From contig CAZIBS010000001.1 of NCBI GenBank assembly GCA_964537405.1, positions 2,035 through 60,548 of the forward strand: a DNA stretch of 58,514 nucleotides. The letters are read 5' to 3'. Shown piece by piece: positions 9,424-18,770 of the stretch (position 1 is its first letter; every line of letters begins with the position of its first letter). The notes below the pieces were generated by a model. It saw nothing but the letters and a program-made list of their open reading frames with translations. It searched no databases and was not told the DNA's origin. This DNA is from an uncultured Thermoanaerobaculia bacterium (GTDB lineage: Bacteria; Acidobacteriota; UBA4820; DSQY01). Both the position numbers and the translations under genes were made by a program.

Positions 9424-10754
9424 ACACACTGCTCAATGTGATTTTCTCCATAGTTTCCTTTCTGGTTGTACTGGGCATCCTGGTTCTCATCCACGAACTC
9501 GGCCACTACGTAGCGGGGCGTCTCCAGGGGTTTGCCGTAGAGGCCTTCTCCATAGGCTTCGGCCCCAAGCTGTGGGAGCATCGCGGGAAGTACAACCTCC
9601 TGCAGGTACGATGGTTGCTCCTCGGCGGGTACGTAAAGTTCGTTGATGAGAGCGGCGAAACGGCTCAGGATGGCGCCGTCTGGAACGGCCCGGGCGCCCC
9701 CTTCATGACCAAGAAACGATGGAAGCGCTTTCTTGTAATGCTGATGGGCGCGGCATTCAACGTACTGCTCGCCTACGGCCTCTTCGCCGGCCTTGCCATG
9801 AAAGGCTGGGACGAATCGGTATTCCGGAACCAGAAAGCGGTGATCGGCTGGGTAGCGCCGGAGTTGCCCGCGGCAAAAGCAGGTGTAAGAGCAGGAGATT
9901 TAATAGACTCCATCGACGGGCGCCACATCTCAAACTGGGAAGAGGCCAGGAACGCCATCTACCTTAACCAGCAACCCTACACGCTGATTGTAAAAAGGAA
10001 CGGTGCAAAGATCTCCATGCCAATTACACCGAAGGTGGAAACCGTATACCACCAGCCCGTTGGAGAGATCGGCGTCTTTCCGGCCTTTCTCCCCGTCATA
10101 GGGTCGTTGTTAAAGGGGTCGCCGGCCTTCCGGGCGGGCCTCAAACCGGGCGACCGCATCATCTCGGTAGATGGAGAGACTTTCAAGTACTGGGGCCAAC
10201 TCCGGCGGGCGCTCGTAAAGGGAGGTGGACGCATCCGCCGCTTCGTTGTTGAACGGAAGGGAGCGAAACTTTCCTTCTCCATCAAGCCGGAGTGGAACAA
10301 GCGGGTGAAGCGCTTCATGGTCGGCATCGGTCCCGCCCTGACGGTATGGATCCGCTATCCCTTTCCCTCCAACCTTGCGAAGGCCTGGAGGGTAGTTATG
10401 GAACAGTCCACCCTGGCATTTCGCACCATCCAGCGCCTGATCGAGCGCAAGCTCTCGCTCAAAGCACTCTCAGGGCCGGTCAGTATCGCCTACATCACGG
10501 GCCGGGTGGCGCGCACGGGATTGTACAACTTCCTGATGTTGCTGGGAATAATTTCCCTTCAGCTAGGGATATTCAACCTCCTGCCCATTCCAGGGCTCGA
10601 CGGAGGCCAGATCCTTGTCCTGCTCATAGAGGGCACGGCCAGACGCGACCTGCCGGCAGGTATAAAGGACAAGATAATCATGACGGGCTTCGTGCTGGTT
10701 ATCCTGCTTATTTCCGTCATCACTTTACTCGACGTGACTAAGTTCATCCACTAG
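9420..10754 (+). CDS. rseP: RIP metalloprotease RseP with two PDZ domains
   Basis: HELGH, FSIGFGP, GGYVKF, NLLPIPGLDGG; follows dxr. Confidence 0.95.
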   Translation: MNTLLNVIFSIVSFLVVLGILVLIHELGHYVAGRLQGFAVEAFSIGFGPKLWEHRGKYNLLQVRWLLLGGYVKFVDESGETAQDGAVWNGPGAPFMTKKRWKRFLVMLMGAAFNVLLAYGLFAGLAMKGWDESVFRNQKAVIGWVAPELPAAKAGVRAGDLIDSIDGRHISNWEEARNAIYLNQQPYTLIVKRNGAKISMPITPKVETVYHQPVGEIGVFPAFLPVIGSLLKGSPAFRAGLKPGDRIISVDGETFKYWGQLRRALVKGGGRIRRFVVERKGAKLSFSIKPEWNKRVKRFMVGIGPALTVWIRYPFPSNLAKAWRVVMEQSTLAFRTIQRLIERKLSLKALSGPVSIAYITGRVARTGLYNFLMLLGIISLQLGIFNLLPIPGLDGGQILVLLIEGTARRDLPAGIKDKIIMTGFVLVILLISVITLLDVTKFIH

Positions 10755-10779
10755 AGGCCTTCCTCTCGGAATAACGACG

Positions 10780-11472
10780 ATGACCAACAAAGATATTCAT
10801 GAATCCTCCGGAGCGATTCTCGTTAAACTGGATAGAAAAAATTGGTCGCGGGAACTCGGCAAAGGCCTGGACTCCTCCGACAGGCCTATCGTCCTCTCCC
10901 TGAGCGGGCGGGTGGATTCCGCCGAAGCCGTTGGAGGTGTCGTCCAACGCCTCCTGCGCTACCCATTGCCCGTAACCGGCGTCCTTTGGACCAAAGCGCC
11001 GGCCTGGACGGCGTCCCTCTTTCTGGCGTGCGACTTGATCTACTGGAGCCGGGGTGCGTCACTTTGCCTTACGCCCTCCGGCCGCGGCGAAGTAAACCTG
11101 CTTTCCCTTAGACTGGGCCGGGCGGCTGCCGCCAGGACATGGTTCTCCGGTGGAACACTCGCGCACGCGGAGGCCATCGCCTCCGGCTGGGCAAGGAGTA
11201 GCCCGGCCGGTCTTGACGACGCCATCCGGGAGGCGTGTTCCACCTACAACGCAATTCCGACACCCGTCCTCTCATCCTTGAAAGAATTGCTGTATCATGG
11301 AGCTGGAATGGCGCCCTCCCACTGCGAGGTTCTCGAAAGGGCCGCCTTCGCGCTTGCCTTCGCCTCGCGCGACTCCTCGGAGGGCATCGCCGCTTTTCTC
11401 GGAAAGAGAGGTTCGCGGCTTAAGAGTTTGAACGGGAAGGATAACAAAAAGGGGAATATGAATGGATTTTAA
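10780..11472 (+). CDS. Degenerate enoyl-CoA hydratase/isomerase (crotonase)-fold protein
   Basis: C-terminal SRDSSEGIAAFLGKR and LACDL resemble crotonases; oxyanion and catalytic motifs were not recognised; overlaps the acyl-CoA dehydrogenase start. Confidence 0.55.
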   Translation: MTNKDIHESSGAILVKLDRKNWSRELGKGLDSSDRPIVLSLSGRVDSAEAVGGVVQRLLRYPLPVTGVLWTKAPAWTASLFLACDLIYWSRGASLCLTPSGRGEVNLLSLRLGRAAAARTWFSGGTLAHAEAIASGWARSSPAGLDDAIREACSTYNAIPTPVLSSLKELLYHGAGMAPSHCEVLERAAFALAFASRDSSEGIAAFLGKRGSRLKSLNGKDNKKGNMNGF

Positions 11473-12604
11473 ACTCACCGAATACCAGACAATAATGCGT
11501 GAAATGGTGCGCTCTTTCGCGGAAGAAAAAATACGCCCCGGAACCGCCCTGCGGGATAGAGAGGAACGCTTCATATATGACCTGCTCCCCGGTCTTGCCG
11601 AACTTGGCCTTCTCGGAATGACAACTCCCGATCGCTACGGAGGAACCGGACTGGACGCTCTCTCCTCCGCCATAGCCGTTGAGGAACTTGCCCGCGTCTG
11701 CCCATCCACCGCCGTCACCGTAGCGGTCACGAACTCCGCCTGCCAGGCGCCTATCCTGCTTTACGGCAATGAAGCTCAGAAGGCCCTGTTCCTTCCACCC
11801 CTGGCAAGGGGTGAGGTAATAGGCGGATTCGGCCTCACCGAGCCGGGCGCTGGTTCCGACGTTTCTTCTCTCAAGACCCGCGCCGTCAAAGACGGCGACC
11901 ACTACGTACTCAACGGCGCCAAAGCCTGGATTACCAACACGCACGTCGGCAAGGTCTTCGTCGTAATGGCCAGGACCGATCCCACGGCCGGTTCGCACGG
12001 AATCTCCAGCTTTATCGTTACCCCCGACCTTCCAGGTTTCACTTTCCTGCCTCCCGAAAAGAAGATGGGGCTCAGGGCTTCCATCACTTCCGGCATCGCT
12101 TTCGACGACTGCCGCGTCCCGGTAGAAAACCTGCTTGGCGAAGAGGGCATGGGCCTGAAGATAGCCTTTACCACCCTGGCCGGATCCCGCGTCGGCATAG
12201 CCGCTCAGTCGGTCGGCATCGCCCAGGGCGCATTCGAAGAGGCCGTCCGCTACTCGACCGAGCGCGAGAGCTTCGGCAAACCCATCTCCAGCCACGGTGC
12301 AATCCAGGCTATGATCTCCGAGGCGGCCACGGGAATCGAGGCGTCAAGACTCCTCACCTATCGCGCCGCCTGCATTAGCAACAACGATACTCACGGCCTG
12401 GACCAGGCTTCCAGCATGGCCAAGCTCTTCGCCTCCGAAACCGCCAACGCCGTATGCGCCACGGCCTTACAGATCCACGGCGCCTACGGCGTCAGCCGCG
12501 AGTACCCCGTCGAGCGCTTCTATCGCGACGCCCGCATCACCACTATCTACGAAGGAACCAGCGAGATACAACGTCTTCTCATCGCCCGTTCTCTGCTCGC
12601 CTGA
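11462..12604 (+). CDS. Acyl-CoA dehydrogenase (short/branched-chain type)
   Basis: FGLTEPGAGSD, NGAKAWITN, KMGLRAS, QIHGAYG, IYEGTSEIQR. Confidence 0.95.
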   Translation: MDFKLTEYQTIMREMVRSFAEEKIRPGTALRDREERFIYDLLPGLAELGLLGMTTPDRYGGTGLDALSSAIAVEELARVCPSTAVTVAVTNSACQAPILLYGNEAQKALFLPPLARGEVIGGFGLTEPGAGSDVSSLKTRAVKDGDHYVLNGAKAWITNTHVGKVFVVMARTDPTAGSHGISSFIVTPDLPGFTFLPPEKKMGLRASITSGIAFDDCRVPVENLLGEEGMGLKIAFTTLAGSRVGIAAQSVGIAQGAFEEAVRYSTERESFGKPISSHGAIQAMISEAATGIEASRLLTYRAACISNNDTHGLDQASSMAKLFASETANAVCATALQIHGAYGVSREYPVERFYRDARITTIYEGTSEIQRLLIARSLLA

Positions 12605-12781
12605 CCCGCGATTGATTTAAAAATTCGCCGCCGGGCGACGCTCCCACGAACAACGGTAATGTATTAACGCGACGTTACTTCGGCGCGATGGCCGGGAGGG
12701 CGCGGTGAGCCCCCATAACGGGGATAACACAACGCCGTGCAGGAACGCGATTCGGCCGCTACACGTGGATGACGGTCGTCG

Positions 12782-14113
12782 CTATCGTATGTCGTACTTC
12801 TTCATGCGGTAGAGCAGGACGTGGCGTGGAATCTTGAGGGCGCGAGCGGCGGCTGACTTGTTCCGGCCTTTTGCCTCCAGCGCATCCAGAATCGCCTTGC
12901 GCTCTATCTCCCACAAGCCGACCGGGCTACTCCCGCTCGCCGTACCACTTTTGCGAAATTCGGCCGGTAGAAGGTCCGTTGTTATCGTCCCGTCGGGATG
13001 AAGTACGGCCATCCGTTGGCAGAGGTTCTGCAATTCCCTCACGTTGCCGGGCCACCGGTAGTTCCTCATGCGCTCCTCCGCATCCGCGGTGAGTTCCGGT
13101 TCACCGCCTCCGAAGCGCCGGTAGAAGTGGGCGAAGAGCAGAGAGACGTCTTCGGGTCGCTCCCTCAAGGGAGGCATCTCTATGGGAATCACGTTCAGGC
13201 GCCAGAAGAGATCCTCTCTGAACGCACCCCCCCGAACGGCCTCACTCAGGTCTCGGTTCGTTGCGGCAACCACTCTTACGTCGACGGGACGCGAGGCGGT
13301 TGCGCCCACCGGATCTACGATCCTCTCCTGGAGCACCCGCAGTATCTTGGCCTGGAGTGAAGGCGCCATGTCTCCCACTTCGTCCAGGAAAATGGTTCCC
13401 CCGCCGGCCTGTTCGAACTTGCCCCTGTGGGAGCGGTGCGCGCCGGTGAAGGCGCCCCTTTCGTGGCCGAAGAGTTCGGTTTCCAACAGGTCCTTGGGAA
13501 CCGCCGCGCAATTCACCGCCACGAAGGGACCCCTGGCCCTGTGCGAGAGGGCGTGCAACGCGCGGGCGGCCAACTCTTTTCCCGTCCCGCTCTCGCCGGT
13601 GATCAACACGGTGGCTTCGCTGGGCGCAACGTGTTTTATGGCTACCATTGTCTCTCGGATGGCCCGGCTCGACCCCAGGAGGGAATCCTGGGGGCGCTTC
13701 TCCTCCAGCCGCTTCTTCAAACGCCTGTTCTCCAGGGCCAGGTTGTGAAGGTGAATAGCCTTCTTCACCGCCAGCAGCAGCGTCTCCCGCTTCACCGGCT
13801 TGGTCAGGTAATCCGAGGCGCCCAGGCGCATCGCCTCTACGGCGTCGCCTATGGAGCCGTAGGCGGTCATAACCACCACCGGCACCTGGAGCCCCTGCTC
13901 CATCACGGCCTTGAGGAGTTCCATGCCGTCCATCACCGGCATCCGGATGTCGGTGAGAATGAGGACGAAGGAACCGGAGACCAATGCCTTCAGGGCCGTT
14001 TTACCATCCGGTGCCGAGTCCACGCCGTAACCCTCTTTTTCAAGGTGGTAGGTTACGACACGGCGGAGGTTCCGGTCGTCCTCCACGAGGAGTATGCGAG
14101 CCGGTCGTTTCAT
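12782..14113 (-). CDS. Sigma-54-dependent response regulator (NtrC/ZraR-like)
   Basis: ILLVEDD, LILTDIRMP, GESGTGKE, intact GAFTGA, FLDEVGD, HTH. ATG at 14113 overlaps the kinase stop (ATGA). Confidence 0.92.
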   Translation of the reverse strand: MKRPARILLVEDDRNLRRVVTYHLEKEGYGVDSAPDGKTALKALVSGSFVLILTDIRMPVMDGMELLKAVMEQGLQVPVVVMTAYGSIGDAVEAMRLGASDYLTKPVKRETLLLAVKKAIHLHNLALENRRLKKRLEEKRPQDSLLGSSRAIRETMVAIKHVAPSEATVLITGESGTGKELAARALHALSHRARGPFVAVNCAAVPKDLLETELFGHERGAFTGAHRSHRGKFEQAGGGTIFLDEVGDMAPSLQAKILRVLQERIVDPVGATASRPVDVRVVAATNRDLSEAVRGGAFREDLFWRLNVIPIEMPPLRERPEDVSLLFAHFYRRFGGGEPELTADAEERMRNYRWPGNVRELQNLCQRMAVLHPDGTITTDLLPAEFRKSGTASGSSPVGLWEIERKAILDALEAKGRNKSAAARALKIPRHVLLYRMKKYDIR

Positions 14114-15189
14114 AGGGAACTCCCCTTTGCGTCCGCCCCGTTTCCCTGGACGGAGATATCCCCTTCGGGCGACCCCGGAAGCCACAAGGTGAAGCGGGAA
14201 CCTCCAGTGGGAAGCGATTCACCCCTAACCCAACCCCCGTGCGCTTCCGCCACCTGTTCAACCAGAGCCAGACCCAAACCGGTTCCATCCTTCCGCCGCG
14301 TGAAGAAGGGTTCGAAGAGTTTCTCCTCCTCGCCCTTCGGCAAACCGGGACCATGGTCCGTCACACCGATGAGGCATCCACCATCCGATCCACGTAGTTC
14401 CACCTCTACGCCGCCACCCTTCGGAGACGCTTGCACGGCGTTGCGCACCAGGTTCGTAAGTGCCTGATGGAGCCTGGCCAAATCCGCATAGAGGAGAGGA
14501 CATTCCTTCACCCCTGCGAGCACCAGTTCAACCCCCCTCTTGTGCGCAAATGGCTCAAGCGAGCGGAAACACTGAGCCACCACGTCGGTCGGGGAGAGAG
14601 GGGCGCATTCCACGGCGATGGGACGACCCAGGTCGAGAAAATCCCGCACTACTCCCTTCAATCGTTCGATCTCGTTGATGAGGATCTCGAAGAAGGGACG
14701 CCGCTTGTGGCCGGGAGGATAATCCTCCGCGAGAATCTCGGCCGCGCCCTGGATCGATCCGAGGGGAGTTCGCACCTCGTGGGCGATTCCCGCGGCCATC
14801 CTGCCGAGCGCCGCCAGTCTTTCGCTCTGCCTGAGCCTTTCCCGGAGCGCTTCCCCCTTTCTGTGCTCCGCGTCCTTTCTGTCCACCAGTATTCCCGCCA
14901 TGGCTCCTATTCCCAGGTAAAAGATGATCTCTATCATGTCCTTGTCCCCCCAAAACGGCCCGGTGTACAGCAACGCCAGGGGCAGGGTCGCCAGGGAAAT
15001 TACGCCCGATACGATAAGTCCTCCCCTGAGTCCGAACCAGAGAGCGCCGAGAATAATGGGGACGTAACATATGCGCCGATGGATCAAGTCCACCCAGGGT
15101 GGGTATGGCAGGAACATGTAGTGCAGGGACAGCGTGAAGGTCACTACTACCGTAAGAAATAGAAATCGCCACGAGTCTCTGCCCCGCAT
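14110..15189 (-). CDS. Membrane sensor histidine kinase (about 4 TM helices, no large periplasmic domain)
   Basis: ERLAALGRMAAGIAHEVRTPL, NLVRNA, DHGPG, GTGLGL; hydrophobic N-terminal ~100 aa. Confidence 0.92.
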   Translation of the reverse strand: MRGRDSWRFLFLTVVVTFTLSLHYMFLPYPPWVDLIHRRICYVPIILGALWFGLRGGLIVSGVISLATLPLALLYTGPFWGDKDMIEIIFYLGIGAMAGILVDRKDAEHRKGEALRERLRQSERLAALGRMAAGIAHEVRTPLGSIQGAAEILAEDYPPGHKRRPFFEILINEIERLKGVVRDFLDLGRPIAVECAPLSPTDVVAQCFRSLEPFAHKRGVELVLAGVKECPLLYADLARLHQALTNLVRNAVQASPKGGGVEVELRGSDGGCLIGVTDHGPGLPKGEEEKLFEPFFTRRKDGTGLGLALVEQVAEAHGGWVRGESLPTGGSRFTLWLPGSPEGDISVQGNGADAKGSSL

Positions 15190-15314
15190 CCTTCACCTCT
15201 TGAAGGGGTTCTCTTTGCAACTACCGCGCCAACCAATCCCTATCCACAGTATGCGTCCGCCACCCACTAAGCGCGCCTTCCGTGCCATACCCTTCAGGTT
15301 CGACCTTCTCCTAA

Positions 15315-15351
15315 GAGCAAAATGAAGAATATTGCACAACTCATTGTACAC
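15315..15351. promoter_or_regulatory. Candidate upstream activator site for the sigma-54 regulator
   Basis: Imperfect inverted repeat GAGCAAAATGA...TCATTGTACAC about 100-130 bp upstream of the -24 element. Confidence 0.3.
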
Positions 15352-15445
15352 TATCCTCCACTATTTCTCCAGCAGCAGAAAAAGAGGAGACCCTCCCGAA
15401 GCGAAGGCGGTTCCTTATTGCTTGCCAGAGCACCCTCTCGCGACA

Positions 15446-15462
15446 TTGGCACCCCTTATGCA
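15446..15462 (+). promoter_or_regulatory. Sigma-54 (-24/-12) promoter for the cusC-like operon
   Basis: TTGGCACCCCTTATGCA: GG at 15448-49 and GC at 15460-61 give the exact GG-N10-GC spacing; divergent from a sigma-54 activator gene. Confidence 0.75.
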
Positions 15463-15514
15463 ACGCCCCTCCCTCTATGCGCCACGGCGCACCATGGAGG
15501 ACCATCGGAGGACA

Positions 15515-16903
15515 ATGATGAAGAAACCATTTTCCACGTTGCTCGGCTTCTCTCTCGTCGTGATCGGTTTTTGCTGCAGCCTGGCCGTGCTTGGTCAAGA
15601 GCCGGTCTCACCGCTGCCGCCCATAGAGATACTCGTGCGGCGCGCGATGAAGCACAACCCGGGCTTGGAGGCCCAAAGGCGCAAAATCCTCGCGGCGCTG
15701 GAAGTGCCATCCCAGGCCGGAGCGTTACCCGACCCCGCCGCCGACCTCCAGTTCATGATGCTGCCCATGGATGGGGGCCTCAACGCCGACGATGCGCTCA
15801 CGAAAGGCGTATCTCTCGGAATCACCCAGCGTCTGCCCTACCCCGGAAAGCTGAAGCTGAGAAAACGGAAAGCCGAACGCCGGATCGACGTGGCCAGGAC
15901 CCAACTGAAGGCCATGGAAAGCAACCTGCGGGGCGAGGTAACCGGCGTTTCCTACCACTACGCTCTCTACCGGCGCCTTCTGGAGATCAACCGGAAAACG
16001 CAGGATGCCCTGGAAGCGGCGGCCAAGGGCGCGGCGGGTGTTTATGCCTCGGGCAATGGCAGCCAGACCGATGTGCTTCTCGCTCAGGCCGCGTTTACAA
16101 AAAACAAGGCCGACAGGAAAACCTTGAACAGGCAGCTTGAGGTTGCTCGCGCCCGCCTTGATGATCTGCTTGGCGGTCCTACCGATCCCGCCCTGCTCGA
16201 TCGGATCGCCATTCCCGAACCGGGCGACCCGCCAAGGCTGAACAGCCTTGTTAAAGACCTTCAGGATACCGCGCCCATGGTCCTGAAGGCGCAAGCCGAG
16301 GTGGCCGTCAGGGCGGAACAGGTCGCCATCGCGAAGAAGGATTTCAAGCCCGACTTCCTAGTGGGTGGACGGTACCGTCATAAGGATATGACCATGGGCG
16401 GTCGCGACTACCTCACGGCCATGGTCGGCATCACCCTTCCCTTCTTCCATCGGAAGAGCCGTTACCAGCCCGCGCTCCGTGAGGCCACGTACATGAGAGA
16501 GAGCGCCAGGGAGCAGGCCGGCGATGTTCTCAACGAGGCGCGGTACATGGTGACGGACGCCTACCAGACCGGCGTCCAGGACCGGGACGTCTACGCGCTC
16601 TACAAAAACGGTTTGTTGATCCAGGCAAAAAAAGCCTACGAGTCTTCGTTGGCTTCCTACACCGTCGGCGAAGTCGACTTTACGACCATGCTGAGGGCGC
16701 TCACCAATTATTACGCTTACGAATCCAGGGCCTTCATGGCCCGGGCGGACTACCAGGTATCCCTGGCCCGGATTGAAGCGGTACTCGGCCATACTTTCCG
16801 GATGAAGAAGAAGAGCGATCCGAGTGTAAGATCGATCAAGGATTTCCCGAAACCAGTGCCCCACACGGTACAGAAGCACCCTTTCCCAAAGGAGGAAAAA
16901 TGA
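15515..16903 (+). CDS. TolC-family outer membrane efflux protein (CusC-like)
   Basis: Signal peptide MMKKPFSTLLGFSLVV..., AGALPDP, ITQRLPYPGKLKLR, helical OMF repeats; GGAGG RBS before ATG 15515; first gene of the RND operon. Confidence 0.85.
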   Translation: MMKKPFSTLLGFSLVVIGFCCSLAVLGQEPVSPLPPIEILVRRAMKHNPGLEAQRRKILAALEVPSQAGALPDPAADLQFMMLPMDGGLNADDALTKGVSLGITQRLPYPGKLKLRKRKAERRIDVARTQLKAMESNLRGEVTGVSYHYALYRRLLEINRKTQDALEAAAKGAAGVYASGNGSQTDVLLAQAAFTKNKADRKTLNRQLEVARARLDDLLGGPTDPALLDRIAIPEPGDPPRLNSLVKDLQDTAPMVLKAQAEVAVRAEQVAIAKKDFKPDFLVGGRYRHKDMTMGGRDYLTAMVGITLPFFHRKSRYQPALREATYMRESAREQAGDVLNEARYMVTDAYQTGVQDRDVYALYKNGLLIQAKKAYESSLASYTVGEVDFTTMLRALTNYYAYESRAFMARADYQVSLARIEAVLGHTFRMKKKSDPSVRSIKDFPKPVPHTVQKHPFPKEEK

Positions 16904-17250
16904 CCATAACCGTTACCTGTCCCATGCACCCGGACGTAATAGCCGACAAGCCCGGTAAGTGCCCGAAATGCGGAATGTTTCTGGAGGCCAAAGCCATGAA
17001 AAAGACCTGCTACACCTGTTCCATGCACTCAGACGTGAAGTTGGATAAACCGGGCAATTGCCCAAAGTGCGGTATGCCCCTTGAAAAGAGCACCGAAGAG
17101 GTCGCCTTTCTCTACTCGTGCCCTATGCACCAGGACGTAATAGCCAACAAGCCCGGTAAGTGCCCGAAATGCGGAATGTTCCTGGAGGCGCATCCTACCG
17201 GCGCACCGCACCCGAAGGCCCATGACCACCCGATGGGTCATTGCTGCTGA
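16900..17250 (+). CDS. Small protein with three heavy-metal-binding (HMBD) repeats and a His/Cys-rich tail
   Basis: Three copies of C[PS]MHxDV..KPG.CPKCGM.LE; ends HPKAHDHPMGHCC; AAGGAGG RBS; no signal peptide. Confidence 0.85.
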   Translation: MTITVTCPMHPDVIADKPGKCPKCGMFLEAKAMKKTCYTCSMHSDVKLDKPGNCPKCGMPLEKSTEEVAFLYSCPMHQDVIANKPGKCPKCGMFLEAHPTGAPHPKAHDHPMGHCC

Positions 17251-17280
17251 TTACTACTTCGAGGGTTGGTGAAGAAGCAT

Positions 17281-17308
17281 GGGGGACGTCCGAAACGAGA
17301 CGTCCCCC
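17281..17308. repeat. Perfect 10-bp inverted repeat (stem-loop) between the HMBD gene and cusB
   Basis: GGGGGACGTC-CGAAACGA-GACGTCCCCC. Confidence 0.8.
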
Positions 17309-17333
17309 GACCCTTAACGAAGGAGGCACCCCT

Positions 17334-18770
17334 GTGAAGAGACTTCTTCTGATAGTGATTCCCGTCGTCCTGCTGGCATTCATACTCGGTCGGTTCACGG
17401 TGAAAAGATCGAATCCGGACGGCTCATCCCGTTCGGGCAAGGTCGCCGCCGCGGGAAACAATGCCCCTGAAAAGAAGGGGCGTAAGATCCTCTACTGGCG
17501 CGCGCCCATGAATCCGACCTACATCTCGAAGAAACCCGGCAAGTCACCCATGGGCATGGACCTGGTGCCCGTTTACGCGGAAGCGGTTTCCCCGAAACCC
17601 CGTCCCGCGCGGAAAGGCCAACGCAAAGTTCTTTACTGGCGGGCGCCCATGAATCCCTCCTACATTTCGAAGAAACCCGGCAAATCCCCCATGGGGATGG
17701 ACCTCGTTCCCGTTTACGCCGACCAGATATCTTCCGGTGATATCAAGATCAGCCCGACGGTCGTGCAGAACATCGGCGTTACGACCACCGAGGTAATAAA
17801 GAAACCCTTCTTCAGGACGATCAGAACCTATGGCACGGTCACCTGGAACGAGACCACCCTCGCGGCTATGAACACCAAGATCGGGGGCTGGATCGAAAAA
17901 CTGAACGTGAACGAGACGGGACAGATCGTGCGCAAAGGCCAACCCCTCATCTCGATCTATTCGCCCAAGCTCGTAGCGACGCAGGAGGAGTTCCTCGCAG
18001 CCATGGATGCGGCCCGGGCCCTCCAGAAGAGTTCGGACCCTACCGTGGCTGAGGGCGGTTCCCAGCTACTTGAGTCCGCAAGGCGGCGCTTGAAGCTGTG
18101 GGACATCAACAATGCCCAGATCAGGGAACTGGAACAAACGCGGAAGGTGCGTAAGACAATGATCCTTTATGCACCCATAAGCGGAATCGTTACGCACAGG
18201 GCCGTGGTCGTGGGTGATCACGTCCAGCCCGGCATGAATCTGGTCCGGATCGCGGCGCTCAATCCCATCTGGGTCATGGGGTCCATCTACGAACAGGACA
18301 TCCCGCTCGTCAAAAAGGGCATGAAGGCGGCGGTAACCTTTGACAACCTACCGGGGGAGACCTTTGAAGGCACCGTAGATTATGTCTACCCGTACGTGGA
18401 AGGCAAGTCGCGCACGGCGCAGGTCCGGATCAAGCTGCCCAACAAGAAAGGCGAAATTCTTCCCCGGATGTATGCCACCGTGCAACTTCGCGTGCCGGTG
18501 GCACCCGATGCCGTTGTGATTCCCAATAACGCTGTCATCCAAGCTTCTTCAACGGACAACGTGGTCTTTATCGCCGAAGGAAACGGCCGTTTCAGGGGCC
18601 GAAAGGTAGTCCTGGGCCCGGAGGGCGACAACAACATGGTGATGGTCAAGGCAGGACTCGAACCCGGTGAGCGCGTGGTCACCTCCGCCCAATTCATGCT
18701 GGACTCGGAGAGTCAGCTCAACGCCGCCATCCAAGAGATGCTGTCGCAAAAGAAAGCCGGGGATTCCTGA
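17334..18770 (+). CDS. cusB: CusB-like RND periplasmic adaptor with a duplicated metal-binding motif
   Basis: Two YWRAPMNP.YISKKPGKSPMGMDLVPVYA repeats; GWIEKL, YSPKLVATQEE, FMLDSES. GTG start after AAGGAGG. Confidence 0.88.
   Translation: MKRLLLIVIPVVLLAFILGRFTVKRSNPDGSSRSGKVAAAGNNAPEKKGRKILYWRAPMNPTYISKKPGKSPMGMDLVPVYAEAVSPKPRPARKGQRKVLYWRAPMNPSYISKKPGKSPMGMDLVPVYADQISSGDIKISPTVVQNIGVTTTEVIKKPFFRTIRTYGTVTWNETTLAAMNTKIGGWIEKLNVNETGQIVRKGQPLISIYSPKLVATQEEFLAAMDAARALQKSSDPTVAEGGSQLLESARRRLKLWDINNAQIRELEQTRKVRKTMILYAPISGIVTHRAVVVGDHVQPGMNLVRIAALNPIWVMGSIYEQDIPLVKKGMKAAVTFDNLPGETFEGTVDYVYPYVEGKSRTAQVRIKLPNKKGEILPRMYATVQLRVPVAPDAVVIPNNAVIQASSTDNVVFIAEGNGRFRGRKVVLGPEGDNNMVMVKAGLEPGERVVTSAQFMLDSESQLNAAIQEMLSQKKAGDS

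Noticed and set aside
12605-12781. tRNA gene or transposon end at the left island border
   Set aside because: No cloverleaf was found, and no terminal inverted repeat abuts the left direct repeat.
13427-14467. Long antisense ORFs across the window (e.g. 13427..14467, 26253..27191, 31698..32618, 34899..35768)
   Set aside because: Each lies fully opposite a well-supported gene; such ORFs are expected in GC-rich DNA.
15322-15514. N-terminal extension of the TolC-like ORF and the overlapping ORF 15322..16140
   Set aside because: The region holds the sigma-54 promoter; the RBS and signal peptide point to ATG 15515.
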